Source: Zootoca vivipara
Lineage: Eukaryota
DNA: 64,000 nucleotides
Assembly (NCBI RefSeq): GCF_963506605.1
Contig: NC_083281.1
Span: 1,240,001-1,304,000, forward strand
Reading direction: 5' to 3'
Shown here one piece after another: positions 20,438-33,552 of the stretch; the first letter of the stretch is position 1; every line of letters begins with the position of its first letter. Below the pieces are notes generated by a model, which searched no databases, was not told where the DNA came from, and was given only the letters and a program-made list of their open reading frames with translations. A program made the position numbers and the translations under genes.

Positions 20438-21122
20438 AGAATTGTAGTGTTGGAAGGGACCCCCAGGGGTCATCCAGTCCAACCCCATGCGATGCAGGAA
20501 TCTCGGCTAAAGTATCCGTGACGGATGGCCACCTGACCTCTGCTTAGAAACCTCCAAGGAGGGAGAGTCCACCACCTTCCGTTCCGTGGTCGTACAGCTC
20601 CTCCGGTCAGAAAATTTTTAGTCGGAATCTCCTTTCTTGTAACTTGAAGCCATGGGTTCAAGTCCTACCTTCCAGAACAGGAGAAAACAAGCTCATTCCC
20701 TCTTCCATGTCACAGCCCTTGAGATATTGGAAGATGGCTCTCGTATCTCCTCTCAGCCTCTCCTCTTTCCCAGGCTAAACAGACCCAGCTCCTTCAACCG
20801 TTCCTCATCAGACCCTTTGATCATCTCGGTCGCCCTCCTTGGCCCACCTTCCACCTTGTCAATATTCTTCTTAAATTGCGGTGCCCAGAACTGGGCACAG
20901 TATCCCAGGTGTGGTCTGATCATGGCAGAATAGAGAGGGACTATAACTTCCTTTGATCTGGACACTAAACGTCTGTTGATGCAGCCTAGAATAGCATTCA
21001 CTTTTTCCGCTGCTGCTGCAACACACAGTTGGCTCACATTCAGATTGTGGCCCACCAAGACCCCCAGATCCTTTTCACATGTCCTGGTAGGAAGCCAGTG
21101 TCCCCTATCCTATATTTGTGAT
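20438..21122 (-). mobile_element. CR1 LINE 3' fragment
   Basis: [42 protein letters not shown]. Confidence 0.85.
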
Positions 21123-21472
21123 CGGGACACTATACTTGTTACTGGTCCCAGGTTCAATCTCAAATGGCAACTCTAGGTAGTACTGAGGAAATTCCCTCTC
21201 TGAAATTCCCGAGACCCTCTGCCAGTGGTCTAACTCAGTATAAGGATTCTCCTTACCTCTCCCCTCCCCACCTTAGTTTTTTGTGTGCTTCTGCTGAATA
21301 ATCAGATCAATGGTCACTCCTGAGGGCAGACAGGGGCCTAGCTAGTGGGATAAAGGCAGGGGGAGCCAGCCTGAGCCCTGGGTGGTGTTTTCCAATTAAC
21401 TGGGGGTGCCTGCGACTAGGAAAGCAGTGTGTTGAAAAGTAGTTTCTAAATCTGGCCCAGGGGACTAGGTTT

Positions 21473-21824
21473 GTGAGCACAATTCAAATTGTTGGTGCTG
21501 ACCTTTAAAGCCCTAAACGGCCTCGGCCCAGTAGACCTGAAGGAGCGTCTCCACCCCCACCGTCCACCCCGGACACCGGGGTCCAGCTCAGACGGTCTTC
21601 TGGCATTCCCCTCCCTGCGAGAAGTGAGGTTAGAGGGAACCAGGCAAAGGGTCTTCTCGGTGGTGGTGCCCTCCCATCAGATGTCAAGGAAATAAACTCC
21701 TCTCTGACTTTTAGAAGACACCTGAAGGCAGCCCTGTTTAGGGAAGTTTTTAATGTTTGGTGTTTTTAATATTCTGTTGGAAGCCGCTCAGAGTGGCTGG
21801 GGAAACGCAGCCAGATGGGCATGC

Positions 21825-21875
<51 letters not shown>
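21473..21875 (+). mobile_element. L2-clade LINE 3' fragment
   Basis: Same family as 4548; (AAT)n tail. Confidence 0.78.
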
Positions 21876-21877
<2 letters not shown>

Positions 21878-22061
21878 GTAGATGTTGGGGAATGTTGGAC
21901 AGGGGAATCCATCTTCCCAGGAGACCTTCCTAGACAGCAACTGTGGCCCCATTGAAGGCAACCAGAGGTTTGCCAGATGTTCCCAAGTGCTCTCCTCATT
22001 CAGATCAGTCACGAACTCAAGCACCATCTCACACAAGCTTTGTTTTCTCTAAAAAAATAGA

Positions 22062-22067
22062 TTTATT
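22062..22067 (-). terminator. RAB8A poly(A) signal
   Basis: TTTATT on + about 725 nt past the stop, at the end of unique UTR-like sequence. Confidence 0.6.
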
Positions 22068-22791
22068 CATTTGTGTATCGAGGCATTGTGCAACTTCTAT
22101 CACAGGAGTGTCTAGAATCATCGCCAAGAGCACACCAGGAGCAGATTTCAGATGCCTTTTTTTTTCTGTGTGTGTTTGTGAAAGGGATCGGTGAGCTTTG
22201 TGGCCCCCACAAAGTGACGCGAGGAAAGGTGGGGGGGCGGAATCTGCTACCAAAAATAAAACAAAAATCAGTGCTTTTAAGCTGGCTGTGTGATTCAGCC
22301 TGATAGAAATGTCTTAGGGGGCTCCAGTGGCACCCCTGACCATTCGTAGATTTGGGGATTCAGCAGGAAATCATTGAGAGTTATTCTGACCGCGTACTTT
22401 TTTTTCTACTAGACTTGATATAGTTATCCAAAACACACCCGAGAGACAGAAAGAGAGAAAGAGAGAGAAACCCATTAGGAAACTTCCCCGTGTCTGATTT
22501 CTTGATCCACATCTTTCCTCCCCAAAGCAACCCCCTCCCCGCACAAACGCCACCGCGTTTTCCGTCTGGCAGGTGTGACGGGAGGGGAAAGCGGTGTTTT
22601 CTCCAGCGCGTAAGAGTCCATCGTGAAAAGAAGCCCCTTCCTCCGTTCCGTTCCAGCAAATGCAGCATGGCGGGTTGCGTTGGTGGGGTCGGAGCCAGGC
22701 AGGGGAAACGGAAGGAGGAGCCTCCTGCAAGCACACAGGGAGGCACAGCCCAGGGAGCTTGAGCAGAGGCTCGCGGTAAGGCTGCTCCCCC

Positions 22792-24757
22792 TCAGAGGAG
22801 GGCGCATCGGAAAAAACTGGTTTTCTTCTGTAGCTCGGGGGTGATCTTCACTCCCTGGCTGCTGCCTTGAGGACTGTTGCCTTCCTGTGAATGTAAAAGG
22901 ACCACAGGAGGGTTATTCAGGTGGGCTTGGGTTACGACTTGTACCCCCACCCCCGCTGCAAACTCTGCTGGAGCTGCAGGTCAAACTCTGGCCTGGGGAG
23001 GGAGCAGGGCAACCGCACCCAGCAGACCAGGGCGCTCCGCTCTGCACTCCTAGCAACTCCAAAGGCTGCGGCCTCAAAGCTCATTTCGCCCCCTCCCCTC
23101 CTGCCGCATTATAGAACTTTTTAAAAATAATATTTTTATTACGCTTCCATTTTAATCATTTCAATACAGCCTTATCTTCCATTTTACTTTTTGCTCATAA
23201 GAGCTTAGGGACTTCCCTTCCTCCCGCCTCATGGTTTTCACAATTCGTTTTTCACATCTTAGCATTTATACGTTTTCCTTCTTACTTGTCGCTCATTCAA
23301 CCTATCTCCATTTTTTTACATAAATACAAAAAGGCATTAACCATTATCGTCACAAGCCTCCTTGCAACCCTTCTGCTGTTAACTGTATACAATAGTGAAT
23401 TATAAAACTCTGATCCATTGCCACCTGTCCTCCTCAACCCAACCAGCTTCTTATACAACACTGAACAAGTTAATACTGTTTCATGTATTTGAGGGTTTGG
23501 GTGTTACACCCCCCCCCCACTCCCACAGTGGTACTTTGGTTCTCAAATGCCGTGGTACTCAAAACAACTCGGAACCCAAAAACTGCAAACCCGGAAGGAA
23601 GTGTTCCGGCTTGCAAACTTTTTTCAGAAGCCGAATGTGCTCCGTTTTGAGTGTTGTTGTTGTTGTTTAGTCGTTTAGTCGTGTCCGACTCTTCGTGACC
23701 CCATGGACCATAGCACACCAGGCACTCCTATCTTGCACTGCCTCCCGCAGTTTGGTCAAACTCATGTTCGTAGCTTCGAGAACACTGTCCAACCATCTCG
23801 TCCTCTGTCGTCCCCTTCTCCTAGTGCCCTCCATCTTTCCCAACATCAGGGTCTTTCCCAGGGAGTCTTCTCTTCTCATGAGGTGGCCAAAGTATTGGAG
23901 CCTCAGCTTCACGATCTTGAGTGTTACTCTTCCGATTTGAGTGCCACATTTCTGTTTTGAGAGTTACGCCGAGGTCTGTTTTTGCTATTTTGCGTTTTTT
24001 GTGGCTGTGTGGAATCCAGGTCAGCTACTGATTGCTTGCTTGATTGATTGTGTGACTGCAGAACATTGATTATTGCTTTCATTTTACGGATCAATGGTCT
24101 CGTTAGATATGAAAATTCATGTTCAAGTGCTGTTTTAGGGGTTGTTTTTAAAAGTTTAGAATGGATTAATTCATATTGCATCACTTTATGGGAAAGCGCG
24201 CCTTGGTTTTGGAACGGACTCCCGGAACAGATTAAGTTTGAGAACCAAGGTAACACAGTGTATACGGAAAGCTGTTAGTTATCCAACACGATACACTGGG
24301 AAGAAATCTCTTACTACCATTCCCCCCCCCCTTTAAGGCTTTCCCCCAGGAATGTCTTTCTGCAAATGCCAAATTGTGCTGAAGCATAGAGTTGCGATGA
24401 TTCAGCTACCTGAATCATAGATCTTAGCTAGGTGTACTCCCAGGAATCTATAAAGCATGGTAGGGTAAGTAGCGGTTAAGAGTGCCGTACTAGGACCTGG
24501 GAGACCAGCATTCAAATCTCCCACTCGGCCCTGAGGCATGCTTGGGCCAGTAGTCACTCCCCCTCCACCTAACCTGCATCGGAAAGTTGTTGTGCAGATT
24601 AAATGAGGAGGGGGAGCCTTGAGCTCCTTGGAGAGGTATCAATGCAACAAATAAATCTCTGTTCCAGCCAAGGCGACTCACCAGTTTCTTGTCCATTTTT
24701 GCCTTGATGTCTCTGGCGAGAGTGAAAAACGCCTGAAATTTAAAATGGAGAAACAGA

Positions 24758-24814
<57 letters not shown>

Positions 24815-27800
24815 GTGGTGCCTCGCTAGACGAATTTAATTCGTTCCACAGGTCTTTTCTTATAACGAAAAATTCGTCCATCGAATCCCATAGGAATGCA
24901 TTGAATTTTTTTTTAAAAAAAATTTTGCCCATAGGAACGCATTAATTGAATTTCAATGCATTCCTATGGGAAACCGCGATTCGCTAGATGAATTTTTTGT
25001 AAAACGCATTCGTCTAGCGAGGCAACCTCCGCTAGAAAAAACCTTTCGTTAAGCGGAAATTTCGTTAAGCAGGGCATTCGTTAAGCGAGGCACCACTGTA
25101 TATACATACATACACACACACACGTGTGTGTGTGTGTGTAAGTGATCGGATGAGGCCTGCCTCTGGAGAGCCGTAGCTCGCGCTGCTCTCCTGCGCTCAT
25201 GCCAAAATGCAAAGCCAAAGACTCGAGGGAGGTTATGCGGAGGGGGCAATTGGATCTTTGGTGTGTGTTCCCTGAAATGGCCCCTGTGACCCGTCAAAAC
25301 ACACCACTGATTGCTGCACGATGTCCCCTGTCACCTGCGAGAGCAGCAGCAGCAGCACGCCAAACCCCTGCAAATTAGAATTGTGGGCCGGGAGAGGGAG
25401 GCATGTGCTCGGGCGCGACAGCTGTTTTTGCAGCGGGTCCCCCGTTTTGCAGATTTGCTGCAGCGCTGATCAGGGTTGGAAGAAGGGCTTCGGCTTAAGA
25501 GATGCTGCCGGAATCGGCCTCCTTTGGACTTCTGCCCTTTGGACTGGATGAAAAGGCTTCCGGGAAAGAGGGGTCGCTCAGGGAGGGCCAGCACTCACGT
25601 TCTCTATGTTGATGTTTGCCTTGGCGCTGGTTTCCATGAACTTGATGCCGAAGCTGCTGGCCAGCTGAATGAGGAAAAAGGAGGAGAGGTCTCGGGTCAG
25701 TTACACAGGCACCAGCATGTGCCTTGAGAAACACAGTTCTATTTTTTCCCCATTCCTGAATCCCACATACATAGAATCATAGAATCGTAGAGTTGGAAGA
25801 GACCACTAGGGCCATCCAGTCCAACCCCCTGCCAAGCAGGAAACACCATCAAAGCATTCTTGACATATGCCTGTCAAGCCTCTGCTTAAAGACCTCCAAA
25901 GAAGGAGACTCCACCACACTCCTTGGCAGCAAATCCCACTGCCGAACAGCTCTTACTGTCAGGAAGTTCTTCCTAATGTTTAGGTGGAATCTTCTTTCTT
26001 GTAGTTTGAATCCATTGCCCCGTGTCAGCTTCTCTGGAGCAGCAGAAAACAACCTTTCTCCCTCCTCTATATGACATCTTTTTATATAAGAGGCTTCATA
26101 ATATAATTTTAAACCAAGTAGTGAGCAGCAACGGGGATTCTGAGGACAGGAGGCTGATGGCCTTTGAAGTTTCAGGGAGGCACGAGCAAAGAGAGATTTA
26201 GCAGCTTCAGCACAGAGCCCCCGTGGATAGTGTACCTGTTTTGTTTTAAGTTTTAATTTCATTTTGCAATACAGTATGTAATAAAAAAAACTGTTGCAAA
26301 TCAACTTTGTTCAATTAACAGCATAAACTTTGAGATTTTAAGCTATTTCAATTTCCTACCCTGTCTGGCCTCTTAAGAAATATTTAGATGGTGTTACCTT
26401 GTCTCTCTCTGATCTGCGGACAACTGTGATATGTGTCAGCTCCCTTGACATCTATATAGAACCCATATGGTGATATAACCACATAACACCGGTCCTGAAA
26501 GACCTACATTGGCTCCCAGGATGTTTCCGAGCACAATTCAAAGGGTTGGGTGCTGACCTTGAAAGCCCTCAACGGCCTCCGCCCAGTAGACCTGAAGGAG
26601 CGTCTCCATCCCCATCGTCCATCCCGGACACTGAGGTCTAGCGCAGAGGGGCTTTTGGCGGTTCCCTCCTTGAGAGAAGCGAGGTTAGAGGGAACCAGGC
26701 AGAGGGCCTTCTCGGTGGTGGCGCCCGCCCTGTGGAACGCCCTCCCATCAGATGTCAAAGAGGAAAACAACTATCTGACTTTTAGAAGACATCTGAAGGC
26801 AGCCCTGTTTAGGGAAGTTTCTTATGTTTGATGTTTTATCGTGTTTTTAATATTCCATGGGGAGCCGCCCAGAGTGGCTGGGGAAACCCAGCCAGATGGG
26901 CAGGGTATAAATAAAAATAATAAAAATAATAATTATTATTATTCCTGTTCTGATTCCTCAAGGCATTGCCTTGTCTCTCTCTGATCTGCAGCCAACTTTT
27001 CTAGGTGTCAGCTCCCTCGATATCCCACCCGCCTGTCCCGTGACACACGACCGGCTAATCTCTGGATGTCAGAAACCGCCCTCACCTTCTCTCCTTGCTC
27101 TCGGGAGACCTGGCGCTTGTGGTTCATGTCGCACTTGTTCCCAAGAATCATTTTTTCCACATCTGGAGATGCATGCTGCGGGGGGGGGGGGAGAGCGCAG
27201 AGGTGAGAAAAAGGGACCCGGCCTGGTCGGCACGCAGAGCTGGTGGCTGAGATGCCAACATGGCGCTTCTCCTCCCGCTCTGTCGGGAGGGGAAAGGCCT
27301 TTCAGAGGCCCCTTCCTAGCAGATGAAACTCCCCTGCCAGTTCCGGAAATTTCACTGCACTTCAAACACTTCCAAAAAAACCAAAAACCAATGCCATGCC
27401 GCTCATTCGGAACAAAGCAGAAGCGTTCCGTGTTAGTTGCAGAACTCGGCGACAGCAGAGGAGGGACCATGGCAAGCGTCGCCACAAGGTGCATTTTGGG
27501 GAGGGGTTTGCCAGCTGGGACGAGCGAGCAGAAGGGCTGGCTCACCATTCGTTACCTTCTAGAGGGCAACAGTCCTATCCCACAGGGCATCCTGCAAGAA
27601 ACCGCACCTCTGAGAAGCACAAGTCCTTGGGGGGGGGGGGGAGGAGAGCCTCCTCTGAGCGTCCGAGAACAGAAGCAGCCCATTTCAAATGCTCCTTCCC
27701 CCCAAAACCTGAATCCCCCCTGCTAGGAATGACAGGTAATGAAATCCCCAAAAAGTCCAGGAGAATCTTTATGTATGTTACAGTCGCTGCCAGAATTCTA

Positions 27801-30800
27801 GTCGCAAAAGGCTGGAAGGGAGAGGATATCCCATCTAAACCAGACTGGCAAAATAAAATAAGAGAGTACGCCGAACTGGCAAGATTATCAACAAAGCTAA
27901 GAGACGTTACAGATGGAGAATTTATCAGAGAATGGGATATATACAGAGTCTATGTAAAAGAGGGACGCGGGTGCCGCTGTGGGTTAAACCACAGAGTCTA
28001 GGGCTTGCCGATCAGAAGGTCAACGGTTCGAATCCCCGCGATGGGGTGAGCTGTTGCTCGGTCCCAGCTCCTGCTAACCTAGCAGTTTGAAAGCACATCA
28101 AAGTGCAAGTAGATAAACGGTGCTTCCGTGTGCTGCTCTGGTTCGCCAGAAGCAGCTTTGTCATGCTGGCCACATGACCTGGAAGCTGTACGCCGGCTCC
28201 CTCGGCCAATAACGCGAGATGAGTGCCGCAACCCCAGAATCGGTCACGACTGGACCTAATGTTCAGGGGTCCTTTTACCTTTACGTAAAAGAACATTGTC
28301 AAAAGATCAATCTGTTGGCAGGTTTTGATTGAGCTTCAGTGCGTAAATAGGATAATTTTATAAAATAAAACTTGTAGTAAGTCAGATAACATGGAGAAAG
28401 TAAAGTTTAAGCGCGTGTTTAAGGAAATTAATTCCGGAATGCAAGGGGGTCCCTCCCAATTCTACGATTGATCTATGATCTACGAACTGTTTGTAGTCTG
28501 TTCCTCTAGGCCCCGGCGGTGTTGCCTGCGCAGGAAAACCTCCAAGGGTCTAGTAGGACTGCAGTACCGACAGGACCGCCTCTTTCCATATGAACCTACA
28601 CAGACCCTGAGATCATCTTCTTAGACCCTCCTTCGTGTTCCTCCTTGAGAGGTCCGGAGGGTGACAACATGAGAACGGGGCCTTCTCTGCAGTGGCTACT
28701 CCCCAGGGAAGATTGCCTGGTGCCTTCATTATACACCTTTACGTCCTAGGCAAAAATGTTACTTTTTAACCAGGCCTTTGGGGGATCTGGTTGACATTCT
28801 ATAACCTTTTAAAATGTGGCTCTTTTGGGGTGGTGGTGTATTATTGGGTTATTGCTTTTATTTTGATTTTATATACAGTGGTGCCTCGCTAGACGAAATT
28901 AATTCATTCCACGGGTCAATTCGTGTACCGAATTTTTCGTCTACGGAGTCCCAGTTTCCCATAGGAATGCATTGAAACTTAATCAATGCGTTCCTCTAGG
29001 CTCTGGGGGACTGGCAGCGGCATGCAACGGGGCTTCGGAGAAGGTCTCCGAAGCCCCGTCCGATGCCGGCTGTGTGCAAGGCGGCGGGGGGAGAAGCTCT
29101 CTTCTCCCAGACACCGCCTTGCCTGCCTCCCCCAACACGGAGCGCAAATTCGGAGGTCTCCAAAGTTGCACTCCGTGCTGGCTGTGCGCGGCGAGAGGCG
29201 ACGGCGGGGGGAAGAAAGACCTTCTCCCGCCGCCGTCTCTCGCCTGCCTCTCCCGACACGGAACACAACTTCGGAGGTTTCCGAAGTTGCGCTCCGTGTC
29301 TGGGGTGCGGGGCGAGAGGCGGGGGAAGACCTCCTCCTGCCGCCACCTCTCGCCTGCCTCCGAAGTTGCGAAACCTCCGAAGTTGCGTTCCGTGTCAGGG
29401 TGCGGGTCTCCCCCTGCCTCCGCCCCAGGCACGGAGTGCAACTTCGGAGGTCTCTGAAGTTGCGTTCTGTGTCGGGGGAGGCAGGCGGGAGGCGGCGGGG
29501 GGAGAAGGTCTTCCCCCGCCCCCGCCTCACACCCCAGGCACAGAGCGCAACTTCGGAAACCTCCGGAAGTTGCGTTCTGTGTCGGGGGAGGCAGGCGAGA
29601 GGCGGCGGCGGGGGACGGAGCCAAATCGCAGCAGGCGATGCTTGCCCCCGCCTGTCTTCCCCGAGCCAAGGGGAAGACAGGCAGGGGCAGCCACCGCACC
29701 GCCGCGTTTCGGCTCCGTCCCCCTCCCTGGCAAAGGGAGATTAGCTGTCAGCTTCCCGCGCTGACAGCTGATCTTCCTTTGCCGCTTTCTATGGCCGCGC
29801 TTCGTAAGACGAAGCGGTGGTCATAGAAAATTTTGTCGTCTTACGAATGCCTCGCGCAACGCAAAACTCTTTCGTCTAGCGAGTTTTTCATTGTGCGAGG
29901 CATTCGTAAAGCGAGGCACCACTGTATTGTGATCTTTTTTGTGAACTACCCTGAGACCTCCGGGTATAGGACGTTATATAAATTCAAATAATAATAATAA
30001 TAATAATTATAATAATAATAATAATAGCAGAGAGAGGCCTCTTTCTACCTCTGGGTTTGACTGACATTGTTTCCACCCAGCTTTTGTGTCCACGGATATA
30101 CACCACGACTTCCACAAAAGCAAATCTCCTCTCCGGCAGCTTCTGCAGCTAGTATTCAGAAACAGACAGCCTCCGACTATGGAGATAGAGCAGCGGAGAA
30201 CATACCTCTTCGATGTTTCTGACCCAGTTCCGAATGTTTTCAAACGACTTCTCGTTGGTGATGTCGTACACCAGCATAATGCCCTAAAGAGCAGAAACGG
30301 GGAGAGGCAACCAATCAAAAGCTGATTTTTTTTCGATTCCGGAGGGATTTGTGGGCTGGAGGTGGGAGAAGCTTGAACCCAGGCGTTCCCAACATGACAC
30401 AGAAAGCAAGAGGGGCTCGGCACCGAGCCGGCTCTAGGGGGCAAAGAGTAGCACAGCGCATGAGGGTATGCAGAGGGATGGGGTAAGAACGAGGGTGCGC
30501 TTAGAGTCGAAGTTTTCAGTCCTCAACCCGAAGGTGGAACTCACCACCAGCATCTTGAGAGCGGGGGGAGGGAGAATTGATGGAGGGGCAGCGGCAAAAG
30601 AGGAGGTCAGCAGTGACCCACGTCAGACCTGCACCCACCATGGCTCCTCTGTAGTAAGCCGTCGTGATCGTCCGGAAGCGTTCCTGCCCAGCGGTGTCCC
30701 TGGAGGAAAGGCACAGGAAGAGTAATGACGACAAGCAGCCAGGCAGGGGCCCCGTCATCTTGCCCTCAAGTTACGCTGGCCGAGAAGCTCTTAACGCGGG

Positions 30801-32256
30801 GCAGAAGCCCTGCTGCAGCAGGATGAGGCCCAGGAGGTCTGGGTGCTGCTGCTGCTGCTGTGCCATTTTGGGATGTTCTGTGCTCTCACCGATGCAGCAG
30901 CTGCCATCGCAAGTGGCCTTGTCAGGGATTGTCTGTAGGCTTGCCACCCGTGTCGGGGCACTGCCCCGTCTTCCTAGGAGTCTCAGGGACTCCGCACCCC
31001 CCCTTCTCAACAAAGGATAATTCTCTGGGCTGCCAGGAGAAAAGAGAGGACAGGGAAGCTACCTAGCGAAAGCGCAACCCAGAGTCCCCCTTACCAGATC
31101 TGCAGCTTGATCTTCTTGCCATCGAGTTCTATCGTCCTGATCTTGAAATCGATTCCTGCACCAAGAAGACCACCAGCCAGTTAACAGGTGGCACTTGACA
31201 GCTGACAATTATGATCATTATTAATATGAAGCTCTCCGTCTCCTTTTTTGCTGCCCCCTGGAATTCCATTTATTTTCCTCCCGTCGGAGGTGGGGAAGCC
31301 AAGGTGGGGTTTCCCAGTTGTCCCGTCCCCCCCGCACTTTGCATCTCAGCCGCAGAGGCTGTTGCTGTGCTTGGCTGTTAGCTCTGTCCCACACTTTCAG
31401 TCCTCTGCCTGGTTCCTGCCATAACACACCCTAACCCTGGCGGCAGTGCCATCCTCACAACCAGGGGCGCCAACTTGAAATAAATATTGGGGGAAGAGGG
31501 AAAGCAGTTAAGCCCCGCCCCACCCAATCCATCGCACATGGGCGTAGCCAAGGGAGGGGGGCAGCTGCCCTCCCTAAACCAAGCACAGTCGTACATTGGA
31601 AATCAAATGGAATCCGTTACGGAAGTCCGTTCGACTTCCAAAACGTTCGAAAACCAAAGCGCGGCTTCCGATTGGCTGCAGGAAACTCCTGCGGCCAATC
31701 GGAAGCCCCGTCGGACGTTTCGCTTCCAAAAATAGTTTGCAAACTGGAACAGTCACTTCCGCGTTTGTGACGTTCAAGAGCCAAAACGTTTGGGAACTAA
31801 GATGTTTGAAAACTAATGTACGACTGTAAATCAATAAGAATACTTAACCGAGGTTCTGCCCATGCCCCTCCCCCAACACAAATCACGAATTAAACAACTC
31901 TGTATGCAGTGTGCAAAAATTCCTCAGCAATAACGTGCGACATTTCAACGCCTTCTAATACGTGAGATCTTAAATAATATGCGTTGACGCGTTTTTGCAA
32001 ACAAATTTGTTTGATTTGCGATTCATCCCCCTAACCCAGAGCTTCCTGGACTTTTCCGGTTGGCGACACACTTTTATTTGTTTTATTCATTTCATTTATT
32101 TCTTGAATTCATATACCGCCCTATACCCGGAGCTCTCAGACATGCGCCTTTTTGTGGCGCAGCGACCCAACTATCCTAGCAGAACTTTGCTTTGATTACA
32201 TATTTTGCAGTTTTATGTTTTGATTCTGCGAACCGCCCAGAGGCCTCCCAAATTCA

Positions 32257-32296
<40 letters not shown>

Positions 32297-33552
32297 GCAA
32301 ACCGGACATGAAACTAACGCCCTCCCAGCCCCTGGGGAGGAAAAAGCTCTGCCCTAACATAAAGCCTGCACCTCCCCCAATACATAAATCCATGCAATCG
32401 TGTGAGTCACCCCACTTGAATGGCAATGTCCATCAACTTGGGAGGGGGGGGTCCCCTGGACCCCTCAAATATTATTATTTTTAGGGGGGAAGCACAGGTG
32501 TAGTTGGGGTGGGGGGAGTCTAGCTGCCCTCCCTTAAACCAAATAAATAAAAAAAAACTTTAACTCTGCTCCCCACCCCAGGATTTTCGGGGTGTCAAAT
32601 GGACTCATGCGATGGCATGGATTTATGTCTGGGGGAGGAGGAGTGTGGTGTGTGGAGGCTTTCTGTGAATGGCCATGCCCATCATCCACTTAGGAGGGGG
32701 GCGCCATGGACAACTCAAATACTTAATTTTTCTTTTATTTTGGGGTCGGGGGGGGGGGCAAAGCACGGGCGTTGTCGGGGAGGGGGGAAAGTCCAGCTGC
32801 CCCCCCTAAACCAAATAAATAAATAATAAACACTTAACTTCCGCTCCCCATTCCAGGATTTTCGAGGTGTCAAGGGGGGGGGGGTTGACTCATGCAATGG
32901 CATGCATTTATGTCTGGGGGGGGGGAGGTGAGTGCAGGCTTTCTGTGAATGGCCATGCCCGTCAACTTGGGAGGGGGGCGTGCTGGACAACTCAGATATT
33001 TCATGGGGGGCGGACAAAGCACGGGCATAGCCAGGGGAGAGAGAAGTCCAGCTGCCCTCCCCCTTTAAACCAAATAAATAAATAAAAACACTCAACTTTT
33101 GCTCCTCCCCCCCCGGATTTTTGTTAGGTTGGGGGGGGAGGAGGAAGAACCTCAGGTTTTATTTTAAATTGATTTGGACGGATTATTATTATTATTATTA
33201 TTATTGGGGGGGTGTCAGCTGCATTATTATTATTATTTGGGGGGTGTCAGCTGCATTATTATTTTTTGGGGGGTGTCAGCTGGAGGCTCCCCCCCGAAAT
33301 AAACCCTGGCGGGGCGGTTCCCTTCCGGGTCCTCACAACAACCCCGCGAGGTAAGCCTGCAGGGGGAGGGGGCGCTCCGCGGTTGCCATGGCGACGGAGA
33401 GGAGAGGGGGGGCAGCCGGCCGGCGCACCGATGGTGGAGATGAAGGTGGCGTTGAAGGCGTCCTCGCTGAAGCGGAAGAGCGCGCACGTCTTCCCCACCC
33501 CGGAGTCGCCGATCAGCAGCAGCTTGAAGAGGTAGTCGTAGGTCTTCGCCAT
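22792..33552 (-). CDS. RAB8A: Ras-related protein Rab-8A (207 aa)
   Basis: Eight exons (minus): 33552-33429, 31155-31095, 30699-30639, 30283-30206, 27175-27086, 25664-25599, 24732-24682, 22884-22792 (624 nt). [22 protein letters not shown]...[21 protein letters not shown]...GNKCD...ETSAK...[30 protein letters not shown] (RAB8A-type tail, CAAX). Confidence 0.97.
23653..23916 (-). mobile_element. Bov-B (RTE) LINE 3' fragment
   Basis: Encodes [41 protein letters not shown]; (CAA)n tail; TSD TTGAGTGTT inside a Tigger-like MITE. Confidence 0.88.
24813..25098. mobile_element. Tigger/pogo-like MITE in a TA/CA microsatellite
   Basis: TIR CAGTGGTGCCTCGCT...AGCGAGGCACCACTG. Confidence 0.8.
25770..26088 (-). 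mobile_element. CR1 LINE 3' end
   Basis: [41 protein letters not shown]; CATAGAAT repeat tail. Confidence 0.88.
26493..26943 (+). mobile_element. L2-clade LINE 3' fragment
   Basis: Same family as 4548. Confidence 0.8.
27720..28420 (+). mobile_element. L1/Tx1-like LINE 3' fragment interrupted by a SINE
   Basis: [33 protein letters not shown]...[14 protein letters not shown]...EW. Confidence 0.6.
27962..28283 (+). mobile_element. Sauria SINE
   Basis: Full head to ACCTTT tail; TSD GTAAAAGA; inserted in an L1 fragment. Confidence 0.85.
28876..29924. mobile_element. Tigger/pogo-like non-autonomous element with internal palindromic array
   Basis: Same TIR as 24813, TA TSD, GC-rich internal repeats; interrupts an L2 tail. 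Confidence 0.8.
32418..33120. repeat. Degenerate tandem repeat, about 3 units of 250-280 bp
   Basis: GAATGGC(C/A)ATG(C/T)CC...CTGCCC...TAAACCAAATAAATAAA recurs at about 32418, 32667 and 32947. Confidence 0.7.
33382..33395. promoter_or_regulatory. RFX X-box in RAB8A intron 1
   Basis: GTTGCCATGGCGAC, 13/14 match to the palindromic X-box GTTGCCATGGCAAC, about 35 bp into intron 1. Confidence 0.55.

Noticed and set aside
20400-22060. HSH2D or CIB3 remnants between TIMM13 and RAB8A
   Set aside because: The interval is mostly CR1 and L2; I could not recognise SH2 or EF-hand exons, though decayed remnants cannot be excluded without a search.
27962-28040. tRNA gene
   Set aside because: A/B-box-like sequence is the tRNA-derived head of a Sauria SINE; same for the other copies.
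28972-29764. Long ORFs in all six frames, and a CRISPR-like look of the repeats
   Set aside because: GC-rich palindromic repeats lack stop codons; the linkers are repetitive rather than unique spacers, the block is bounded by MITE TIRs, and the host is eukaryotic.
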